Of a stretch of 57,883 nucleotides of DNA, positions 8,373 through 15,545 are shown one piece after another (within the stretch, counting starts at the first letter, position 1; each line of letters opens with the position of its first letter). A program made the position numbers and the translations under genes. Where the stretch lies: positions 1 to 57,883 of IMG/VR virus record IMGVR_UViG_3300028025_002279. One strand, written 5' to 3'. Under the pieces are notes generated by a model, which was not told the origin of the DNA, ran no database searches, and saw only the letters and a list, made by a program, of their open reading frames with translations. This DNA comes from a virus (lineage: Duplodnaviria; Caudoviricetes).

Positions 8373-8601
8373 ACTACCGATACGAGTGTATAACAAGGAT
8401 ATGATGGATGTTGCAGGCGTATCTGAGGAGATTGATACCTACGAGATGGTAAACCCATTTCATATATCTTCCTATAGGCCTTCACAAGAGCCGGAAGGAT
8501 GTACCTACATATCATTCAAGGACGGCACTGGTATGATGGTATATATGGAGATAGAAGAGTTCGAGAGGTACATGGATTCACATAAAATATTTAAACAATA
8601 A
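8350..8601 (+). CDS. hypothetical protein (FlbD-like pattern)
   Basis: VNP.HI..Y...T.I.F.DG...V...IEE. Confidence 0.6.
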   Translation: MFTTKFIRLPIRVYNKDMMDVAGVSEEIDTYEMVNPFHISSYRPSQEPEGCTYISFKDGTGMMVYMEIEEFERYMDSHKIFKQ

Positions 8602-8604
8602 CAC

Positions 8605-8805
8605 ATGACTAATTCGCATTTCGCAAATCAAAATCACTACGATAGGATGCTGTTCATAGCAAGACTACACCACGCTATATGGCATGACCAAGATACCTAC
8701 AATCGTGTAGAAGACATAGTAAAGTCAGTAGAGAATAAACTACCACAAGCTAAATACTTTAACCATGAAGACAATATACATACTAGCTCCAATAATGATA
8801 GGTGA
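8605..8805 (+). CDS. hypothetical protein
   Basis: 66-aa ORF. Confidence 0.65.
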   Translation: MTNSHFANQNHYDRMLFIARLHHAIWHDQDTYNRVEDIVKSVENKLPQAKYFNHEDNIHTSSNNDR

Positions 8806-9061
8806 GAGTCTAATACACCAATACACAGCTGTTAAGGATAATAACACTACCATATTGTCAACATCTGATGACCCTACATGGAATGAGAAAGGTGTTCTAT
8901 GCACTATAACTGATGATGGTAATGGTGTAGAGATAAAGCTAGGAAAGAATAAACCACTATACCTAGACTATGCTCAGGAGGAAGAGCTTTTGTCAGCACT
9001 ACTATCCAATAGGGATGAACAGCTAAGACTAATACACATAGATAAAACTATAGAGATATGA
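8765..9061 (+). CDS. hypothetical protein
   Basis: 98-aa ORF. Confidence 0.7.
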   Translation: MKTIYILAPIMIGESLIHQYTAVKDNNTTILSTSDDPTWNEKGVLCTITDDGNGVEIKLGKNKPLYLDYAQEEELLSALLSNRDEQLRLIHIDKTIEI

Positions 9062-9600
9062 TTATCGGAATCAATGGATATGCTGGTGTAGGAAAGGACG
9101 AGGTAGGAAAGCTAATCGTCAAACATGCGCCAACATTTAAGGTTAAGAAGTTTGCAGGTAAGCTCAAAGAGATAGCTACGATACTTACAGGTATACCTAG
9201 CCACTACTTTGAGTCTAGTACTTTTAAACAATCTAAGTTGGGAGGATGGGATATGTCAGTACGTGAGCTGTTACAGAGACTTGGTACGGAAGCTATTCGT
9301 GACGGGCTCCACCCTAATGCTTGGATAAATGCTCTGATGTCTGACTACATGAGAGGTGACGATTGGGTGATAACGGACATGAGGTTTCAGAATGAATACG
9401 ATACGATATGCTCCTATGGTGGCTACACTATACAAGTCTATAGAGCAGGAGTAAGGCCTCCTAACAATCACTCTTCTGAAGCAGGCATCACTAAGGGTTG
9501 CTTCGACTACATCATCGATAATTCTGGCACTCTTGAACAGCTAGAGGAAGAGGTTAAGAGAATCGTATCAGACATTATTGAAAAAGAAAAGAGAAGATGA
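9058..9600 (+). CDS. deoxynucleoside monophosphate kinase
   Basis: IIGING..G.GKD P-loop, FA..LKE, RELLQ.LGTE, ITD.RF.NE, H.SE, I.N.GTLE.L. Confidence 0.9.
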   Translation: MIIGINGYAGVGKDEVGKLIVKHAPTFKVKKFAGKLKEIATILTGIPSHYFESSTFKQSKLGGWDMSVRELLQRLGTEAIRDGLHPNAWINALMSDYMRGDDWVITDMRFQNEYDTICSYGGYTIQVYRAGVRPPNNHSSEAGITKGCFDYIIDNSGTLEQLEEEVKRIVSDIIEKEKRR

Positions 9601-9824
9601 GTACAATACACGAACTTAAGTCTACCATTCCTGTTCATACGCCACATGGTGTTGGAGAGGCTCTGATGATTATAGACTATGGACTAAATACAAATAGTGT
9701 TTGGGTTGTAAGGGTTAAAGGTGGAAGGGTACTGCACTACTACTCCGATGACATAAGAGTCTATGACAATCCTATGAATGGTGGTGGTTGGGATGTAGAC
9801 ATTCCAGAAGATTGGATAAAATAA
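9597..9824 (+). CDS. hypothetical protein
   Basis: 75 aa; V.TP.G.G.A...IDYG...N..WVV. Confidence 0.75.
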   Translation: MSTIHELKSTIPVHTPHGVGEALMIIDYGLNTNSVWVVRVKGGRVLHYYSDDIRVYDNPMNGGGWDVDIPEDWIK

Positions 9825-9826
9825 AT

Positions 9827-9857
9827 TTTGTAGTGTCAAACTATGTTCATAATTTTG
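9827..9857 (+). promoter_or_regulatory. Bacteroidota sigma70 promoter driving the non-coding region
   Basis: TTTG 9827-30, 19-nt spacer, TAATTTTG 9850-57. Confidence 0.8.
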
Positions 9858-9861
9858 TCCT

Positions 9862-9958
9862 GTCAATCCGATTGGATAGTTGCGTTGTTCACTCGGGTTT
9901 GATTTAAGAGAACCCTCTTTCATTGAACCCATACAGACGCAACCTGTGTGGGTTTTTT
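9862..9958 (+). ncRNA. ~95-nt leader/sRNA ending in a terminator whose loop pairs with the 5' region
   Basis: 11-bp stem 9926-36/9944-54 plus T-run; loop ACGCAAC is complementary to GTTGCGT 9879-85. Confidence 0.6.
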
Positions 9959-9960
9959 GT

Positions 9961-10310
9961 TTTGACTAGGGTCTTAGAACGGTTTCACCCCTGCTGTTGG
10001 TATCTAGATGCAGCTAATGAAAGATTACGAGTTCTTTAGAGAAAGCTATGTATGATTTGGACTAGGGGCTTGGCCTTTGTTGGCCAGCCCTCTGGAAGTG
10101 TTTTTCTACGTAGCAATATAGGTAAGACGAAAATCCATGCAATGTCCCTGACCTGACAACATGGTGCTGGAAGCTAGCAATAGTTCACATAGTCAAACGC
10201 CTACCGTCGCAGTAAACGGATACTCTAAATAGCACTGAAGTAGAAGAATACCCATAGTTCTACTGAAAATTGCAGGACCTAGTGTTTTCCAGCAGTAAAG
10301 GTCGAAGTGT
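9961..10310 (+). ncRNA. candidate large structured ncRNA (~350 nt)
   Basis: no ORF, multiple hairpins including a GCAA tetraloop, long-range end pairings. Confidence 0.55.
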
Positions 10311-10339
10311 ATCAATTAAGTAACTAAACCATCTATTAT

Positions 10340-10891
10340 ATGAAGCATCTATTCAAAGCATTATCAGACTTTCAGCAAGAAGTTCCTGTCATCCACAAGG
10401 ATACGCAAGGATACGGGTATAGCTACGCTGACCTACCAACTATCTTTACCATTATCAATCCTCTACTCAAGAAGCATGGTCTAGGATTTACACAGCCCAT
10501 CGTTGGTTCTGTTATACAGACCATAGTATTCCATGTAGAGTCCGGTGAGAGCATTACCTCCGAGATACAAATTCAAGAAGGTGTAGCTCTGAAAGGAATG
10601 AATGAATTCCAAGTATTAGGTAGCGGTATTACCTACCTCCGTAGATACGCATTATCTTCGATTCTAGGCATAGTAACCGATAAGGATACTGATGCAGCAG
10701 GAGAACAGATAAAGCCTGCTGTAGCGTCTACAAATGCGTCTGATGACAAGCCATGGCTAAATGAGTCAAATAAGGAGGCATGGGATAAGGTTGTATCGTC
10801 ACTGAAGAGTGGCTATACTATGACTGATGTCAGGAAGAAGTACAAGGTATCTAAACCTGTAGAGACTAAGCTATTGTCACTAATAAACTAA
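10340..10891 (+). CDS. erf: Erf-family ssDNA annealing protein
   Basis: Y.YADL..I...INPLL.KHGL, Q..GS.ITYLRRYAL..ILGI..D.D.DA. Confidence 0.9.
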   Translation: MKHLFKALSDFQQEVPVIHKDTQGYGYSYADLPTIFTIINPLLKKHGLGFTQPIVGSVIQTIVFHVESGESITSEIQIQEGVALKGMNEFQVLGSGITYLRRYALSSILGIVTDKDTDAAGEQIKPAVASTNASDDKPWLNESNKEAWDKVVSSLKSGYTMTDVRKKYKVSKPVETKLLSLIN

Positions 10892-10892
10892 T

Positions 10893-11041
10893 TGCGTTAT
10901 CGGTAACATTAAACCCTTGCACCTCAGCACTAAGGTTGGGTTAGACATAGGTATCCTGCTTATCTGTTTACTGATAACAGCACTCCTTCTGAAATATGCA
11001 GATAAGGATATCAAGTGGGAGGCTACTGCCAGAGTGTAGCA
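10893..11041 (+). ncRNA. candidate pseudoknotted RNA (~150 nt)
   Basis: stem 10896-906/10968-78 interleaved with stem 10950-67/10998-11012. Confidence 0.5.
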
Positions 11042-11046
11042 AAAAT

Positions 11047-11221
11047 AGTCAGGTGGCGGAAGGAGGATGGTGTCCATCCTCGTGGTAGACGCTAAGGGAG
11101 CAAGATAGAAAGTCCATAAACGGATTGCTTAAGGTACAAGTGGTTGGCCAGAAGCATATGTTACACCATTATAGCCTTTCCAGTGAAGACTTTCATACAG
11201 GTTCGAATCCTGTCTTGACTA
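11047..11221 (+). ncRNA. tRNA-like RNA with expanded D-loop and anticodon region; no assignable anticodon
   Basis: acceptor AGTCAGG/CTTGACT, D-arm GTGGCGGAA..TGGTAGACGC, T-arm ACAGG-TTCGAAT-CCTGT. Confidence 0.75.
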
Positions 11222-11246
11222 CTAAAACTTTTAAAAAACAAATAGT

Positions 11247-11426
11247 ATGGAACAGGAAAAAATTGAAACAGTACTACCCTTAGACACACCTTTTAACATC
11301 CAATTTAATTGGAAGGAGGAAGCAATTAAAGTTGAATTAGAGCATGGTGAGGATGTTTTAAAGCTAGCTACAATATTCTCTAATATGCTTACAGCAAACA
11401 ATATTCCTCACAAAGTAATAAAATAA
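11247..11426 (+). CDS. small hypothetical protein (59 aa)
   Basis: hand-translated MEQEKIETV...KVIK. Confidence 0.65.
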   Translation: MEQEKIETVLPLDTPFNIQFNWKEEAIKVELEHGEDVLKLATIFSNMLTANNIPHKVIK

Positions 11427-11431
11427 ACAAT

Positions 11432-11761
11432 ATGGAAAGGCTACAAATCAATTCATCATCAAGCGTAGGTTTAGCATCAACAGAACCAATCACATCTTCT
11501 AATCTATCTGGCTCAGGTATAACAAATTCATCTTACAGCAATCAGATTGTACCAAACCTTATGTTTAGAGAACCAACAAAGCAGGAGCTACTTATGAGGT
11601 ATAACATTAGCATAGAGTTTATTAATGTTGGATGCATAGTGTCTGTTGGATGTAAGAAGATAGCGTTCTCTAGTATAGAAGAAGCTATGAAAAGCATAAA
11701 TAAATATGTGAATAATCCTAAGCAGGAAGCTGAATATTGGGAAGGTATTTTTGGAAATTAA
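11432..11761 (+). CDS. hypothetical protein
   Basis: 109 aa; I.F...GC.V.VGCK.IAF. Confidence 0.75.
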   Translation: MERLQINSSSSVGLASTEPITSSNLSGSGITNSSYSNQIVPNLMFREPTKQELLMRYNISIEFINVGCIVSVGCKKIAFSSIEEAMKSINKYVNNPKQEAEYWEGIFGN

Positions 11762-11772
11762 AACTATAAACT

Positions 11773-11964
11773 ATGGCACAACAAATAGCGACAGTATCAT
11801 TATTCATATTCATTATAGTTCTGCAACATTTATATAATTGGTCTTGTAGAAAGATTTATGATAAACTTACAGACGATAGCGTACCATTACTACTTGCATT
11901 AACTACAGTTGTATTTGTGATAACACTTGCACTTTGTGAATTATTACTAGATATAAATAAATAA
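11773..11964 (+). CDS. hypothetical membrane protein
   Basis: two hydrophobic segments. Confidence 0.6.
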   Translation: MAQQIATVSLFIFIIVLQHLYNWSCRKIYDKLTDDSVPLLLALTTVVFVITLALCELLLDINK

Positions 11965-11967
11965 ACT

Positions 11968-12171
11968 ATGGCACAATACATGGAGGGATTTAGGCTTTCA
12001 AATCACATAGACTACTGCGGACCGGAATCATCTTTTTCTGATAATGAACACAAGGAGGTAGTAAGGGTACATGCAAGATTCTTTAGCGTATCACATAAGG
12101 AGCAAAGAGAAGTACTTATGTTACTTATATGGTGGTCTGTAAGACATTACATTAAAATACTATTCAAATGA
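11968..12171 (+). CDS. hypothetical protein
   Basis: 67-aa ORF. Confidence 0.6.
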   Translation: MAQYMEGFRLSNHIDYCGPESSFSDNEHKEVVRVHARFFSVSHKEQREVLMLLIWWSVRHYIKILFK

Positions 12172-12377
12172 CACCAAAAGAAAAAGCAGAAGATTTATTT
12201 AGTACATATAGGTATGCATTATCAGTGCCTAATGCACCATTAGGTCAGAGTAAGGATGATGTAGCAAAACAATGTGCATTAATAGCAGTAGGTGAACTAC
12301 TAATACTTGCAGGTTTTTACGATAAAAAGGTTTGGGATTATTTAGAAGAAGTAAAACAAGAAATAGAAAAACTATAA
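12168..12377 (+). CDS. hypothetical protein (MTPKEKA...AKQCALIAV type)
   Basis: pattern recurrent in Bacteroidota phages. Confidence 0.75.
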   Translation: MTPKEKAEDLFSTYRYALSVPNAPLGQSKDDVAKQCALIAVGELLILAGFYDKKVWDYLEEVKQEIEKL

Positions 12378-12380
12378 ACT

Positions 12381-12587
12381 ATGCCAGATATCACAATGTG
12401 TGAAGGTACACACTGCCCTATAAAAGAAAACTGTTATAGGTATACAGCTAAACCAAATGAATATAGACAGTCTTATTTTGTAACACCACCATACAAAGAT
12501 GGTAAGTGTGAACACTTTTGGGGTGAAGCACAGGAGTCTATACTTCAACAGCTTACTGATATAGTAAATGGTAATAAAAATGCATGA
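12381..12587 (+). CDS. small Cys-rich (putative Zn-binding) protein
   Basis: DITMC....CP....CYRY...QSYF...C..FW. Confidence 0.75.
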   Translation: MPDITMCEGTHCPIKENCYRYTAKPNEYRQSYFVTPPYKDGKCEHFWGEAQESILQQLTDIVNGNKNA

Positions 12588-12997
12588 AATCTCATTGAAA
12601 ATTCATGCAAAAATCAGTCATATAATTCTGATTATCACAGAATTGTATACTAAAATTTAACATAAAATGTAATAAAAGGTAATATAATTCGGATTTTGTC
12701 CGTTATTTCAAACATTATCAATCATTTTGTATATAATAACAAACATTATGAATAAGCAACAACAAAAGAAACTTCTCACAGAAATTATAAACGAAGATGC
12801 TAAGGATGGGTTATACATAGATAAGCCATTTAAGTATGCCTTTGTAAGAGAAATAACGGATAGTTGGGAGCAAGGAGAAATCTCTTATGGTAGGATGGTA
12901 GAGATGTTAAACGATATAGCAATAAAATGGCACGAGAACCATATCGGTGGCTCCAACAAAATGGTAGAGCATTATATTGTTGACACCAACAAAATGA
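12581..12997. repeat. cluster of short inverted repeats
   Basis: TGCATGAA/TTCATGCA, TATAATTCTG/CAGAATTGTA, ACCAT..ATGGT, TTGTTG/CAACAA. Confidence 0.6.
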
Positions 12998-13245
12998 TGA
13001 CGGCAGTAGACTGGCTTATTAATAGATTCAATTACATAAGGTGCATATATGCAGATGATATGGAAGATGGTCAAGCTATAGAATCTGCTATAAAGATAGC
13101 AAGAGAGATGGAGAAGCTACAAATAATTAATGCTTTTAAAACTGGAGAATATAATTCAGTAGATTATTTTAATGCAGAATATCCTCATCAAGAAACTTCT
13201 GAGAATTACTACAACGAAACTTATAAGAATGAAAAAGATAATTGA
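12748..13245 (+). CDS. hypothetical mosaic protein
   Basis: start moved to ATG 12748; TAVDWL and EMEK.QI..AF..YYNETY modules. Confidence 0.7.
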   Translation: MNKQQQKKLLTEIINEDAKDGLYIDKPFKYAFVREITDSWEQGEISYGRMVEMLNDIAIKWHENHIGGSNKMVEHYIVDTNKMMTAVDWLINRFNYIRCIYADDMEDGQAIESAIKIAREMEKLQIINAFKTGEYNSVDYFNAEYPHQETSENYYNETYKNEKDN

Positions 13246-13312
13246 CTTTTTAAGATGGCTAGAAGATTACAGGATTACACTAATGGAAAAATCAGGAACA
13301 GGTAAATTTTAA
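13229..13312 (+). CDS. peptide (27 aa)
   Basis: MKKIIDFLRWLEDYRITLMEKSGTGKF fills the gap. Confidence 0.4.
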   Translation: MKKIIDFLRWLEDYRITLMEKSGTGKF

Positions 13313-13315
13313 CAT

Positions 13316-13657
13316 ATGATGATGACATATAGAGCTATCGTAGAAAAGATAGTAGATGGAGACACTATTAACATGAATATAGACTTAGGATTTAGGGTAT
13401 GGATAAAGGCTAATTGTAGGCTGTATGGTATAAACACTCCAGAACTTAACAGCAAAGATGAGGACGAAAGAATCAGGGCAAAGCAAGCTGTTTCACACCT
13501 ATCTGAGCTAGTAAATGTTGGAGAGAGATATAACATAATTAGTCACGAACTAGATAAGTATGGTAGGCCTCTTGTGACTATACTTAAAAATGGTGTAGAG
13601 GATAGCATAAATAATATAATGGTACAATCAGGTCACGCAGTAAAATATAACCCATGA
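13316..13657 (+). CDS. thermonuclease (SNase-like) family protein
   Basis: IVDGDT..IDLGF, RLYGINTPE, DKYGR.L, IN..MV..GHA..Y. Confidence 0.9.
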   Translation: MMMTYRAIVEKIVDGDTINMNIDLGFRVWIKANCRLYGINTPELNSKDEDERIRAKQAVSHLSELVNVGERYNIISHELDKYGRPLVTILKNGVEDSINNIMVQSGHAVKYNP

Positions 13658-13785
13658 CAATACTAATAATCTTAATGCTTCTCCTATTTATAGGATGGCT
13701 TAGTTACGAACTATACAATGCTCCATATATGGATGAGGATGGTAACATAATAGATATGAAAAACAATAACCATGATAATAACTAG
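13654..13785 (+). CDS. single-TM peptide (43 aa)
   Basis: MTILIILMLLLFIGWLSYELYNAP...; ATGA overlap. Confidence 0.5.
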   Translation: MTILIILMLLLFIGWLSYELYNAPYMDEDGNIIDMKNNNHDNN

Positions 13786-14533
13786 ACAGACACTAGAAGA
13801 AAGACCTCTGAGTTTTAGCTCTATCAAAGAATTTGCTAAGTCTCCTAGACACTACCTTGACTACATATCAAAAGAAAGGACACCACCTACTGATGCTATG
13901 AAGCTAGGTTCTATGGTGCACTGCATGATTCTAACACCTAACCTATTCAATGAACAGTTTGCTGTTGCTCCTGATATTAACAAGAGGACTAATGCAGGCA
14001 AGGAAGAATGGATTCAGTTCGCTAACCTACATGCAGGTAAAACCATCATAAACAACGAAGATTACGAACATGCTAGAAAGCTGGTAGATGGAGTTCTATG
14101 TAATGACTTGATATACGATACAGTCATGTCTTGCACAAACTTTGAGAAAGAGTGGCGTGCAGAATTAGATGGATTACCTTATAGAGGATTCTTTGATGGT
14201 GAGTCAGATGATTATATACTTGAAATCAAAACAACAACAGATGGTCATCCTAAAGCTGTTATGAGTGACTTTATAAGACGTAAGTATCACATGCAGTCAG
14301 GCATATATAATCAAGTATCCGGCAAGAAAGTACTCTATCTAATTGTAGAGACATCTGCCCCATATCTTTCCTACCTAGCATATGCTGATACAAGATACGT
14401 AGATTTAGGTAAGAAGGATGTATCAGAACTTAACAACAGATTCTACAAGTGTCTTGAGTCCGGTGATTTCACTGGAGGATACGATTACGACAATGTAATT
14501 ACAATAGACCTGCCTTGGTCTGTGGAAAAGTAA
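13772..14533 (+). CDS. PD-(D/E)XK exonuclease (DUF3799/RecE-like)
   Basis: LS.S.IK.F.KSP.HY, G..VH..IL.P, G.FD...I.EIKTT, YH.Q...Y. Confidence 0.85.
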   Translation: MIITRQTLEERPLSFSSIKEFAKSPRHYLDYISKERTPPTDAMKLGSMVHCMILTPNLFNEQFAVAPDINKRTNAGKEEWIQFANLHAGKTIINNEDYEHARKLVDGVLCNDLIYDTVMSCTNFEKEWRAELDGLPYRGFFDGESDDYILEIKTTTDGHPKAVMSDFIRRKYHMQSGIYNQVSGKKVLYLIVETSAPYLSYLAYADTRYVDLGKKDVSELNNRFYKCLESGDFTGGYDYDNVITIDLPWSVEK

Positions 14534-14534
14534 T

Positions 14535-14565
14535 TTTGCTGATATACAAATAGTTTGTAGATTTG
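14535..14565 (+). promoter_or_regulatory. Bacteroidota promoter, near-leaderless
   Basis: TTTG 14535-38, 19-nt spacer, TAGATTTG 14558-65, ATG 5 nt later. Confidence 0.7.
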
Positions 14566-14570
14566 CATAG

Positions 14571-14933
14571 ATGTCGAGATACGATTATATATACATCCAC
14601 CATAAGCACTTTAATATAGGTGGTATGACTGAGGATGATATCCTAGACCTTGTTGGACTTGAGTTTCAAACTAAGGACATGGATAGGGAGTTTCTGACAT
14701 ATATAATTGACGAACAAGGAGACTTATTTTTTGATGACTACCACTATGAATTAGTAGACTCAGATGGTGGACTATTCAGCAAAAAACTACAGGTTGTAGA
14801 AGACGGACGCAAGCCATCAAAATTTACAGGTATTGTAATGTTTTATGGTAAGCCATACGAGAGCATGTATACATTTCAATGTAAGATTGTAAACGGTAAG
14901 CTGAAATACATCAAGCTGATATCAATAATATAA
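14571..14933 (+). CDS. hypothetical protein
   Basis: 120 aa; FQTKD...Y.I...G.L...FTG...FY. Confidence 0.75.
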   Translation: MSRYDYIYIHHKHFNIGGMTEDDILDLVGLEFQTKDMDREFLTYIIDEQGDLFFDDYHYELVDSDGGLFSKKLQVVEDGRKPSKFTGIVMFYGKPYESMYTFQCKIVNGKLKYIKLISII

Positions 14934-14934
14934 C

Positions 14935-15204
14935 ATGAGCAGGGGAATAACCAAATCAAAACTGAAACAGAAGCACCCTAGACTCGCAGAAGTCTTGGAC
15001 TCGATAGAGGCAACCAATAAGAAGAAGCACTATTGGTTCTTTGCCAACTACGATGGTAAGTACACTACGCCAACAGGTGGACCTAGAACTGTTTCTCTAG
15101 GTGCAATCATAGATGTAATTAATGAATATGGCATGGACGTAGAAATTAACGTAGTGCCTGACCCTACTAAGAAGAGGCTCTGGGAGCCACTAGTCAAACC
15201 ATAA
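14935..15204 (+). CDS. hypothetical protein
   Basis: 89-aa ORF. Confidence 0.7.
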   Translation: MSRGITKSKLKQKHPRLAEVLDSIEATNKKKHYWFFANYDGKYTTPTGGPRTVSLGAIIDVINEYGMDVEINVVPDPTKKRLWEPLVKP

Positions 15205-15220
15205 GTTTCATAAGCAATAC

Positions 15221-15252
15221 GCCCGGCTTGTCTAGGCTGGGCTTTATTTTTT
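15221..15252 (+). terminator. intrinsic terminator
   Basis: GCCCGGCT/GGCTGGGC stem followed by TTTATTTTTT. Confidence 0.8.
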
Positions 15253-15273
15253 AATCAATTAAAACCAATAAAT

Positions 15274-15525
15274 ATGAGCGAAGCAAAAAGAAAATCAGAA
15301 TTTGGCATTTGGAAAAAGAATGTCAGAATGAAAGATGGTACATCATCTGAAGTATTAAGTTTTTCAGTTAATGGAGTACGCTACACTGCATGGCCTAACA
15401 AGTACAAGAGTAGTGGCAAGTCTCCTGACTTTAACGTGTACATTGATACATATGTAAAGCCAGAGTCTAACGAACAACCTGCTGTTGCTAACAACACAGC
15501 TAAGGTTGAAGACCTACCATTCTAA
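15274..15525 (+). CDS. putative ssDNA-binding protein (DUF736-like)
   Basis: beta-rich core, K.PDF, C-terminal EDLPF tail, next to the primase-helicase. Confidence 0.65.
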   Translation: MSEAKRKSEFGIWKKNVRMKDGTSSEVLSFSVNGVRYTAWPNKYKSSGKSPDFNVYIDTYVKPESNEQPAVANNTAKVEDLPF

Positions 15526-15545
15526 ACTGAAAACTTACATTGCTT

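Noticed and set aside
9961-10310. tmRNA, RNase P RNA or group I/II intron
   Set aside because: No tRNA-Ala-like ends, no GAGGAAAGUCC, no recognisable intron core; flanking genes are uninterrupted
10971-10994. Hammerhead ribozyme core (CTGATAA...GAAA)
   Set aside because: G8 is missing and stem II does not close in register
10959-11006. SAM-I riboswitch (CTTATC...GATAAG P1-like)
   Set aside because: Interior too short and lacks the AGA, kink-turn and GCAACC core
11093-11196. Group I intron in the tRNA-like RNA
   Set aside because: Insert of about 75 nt is far too short
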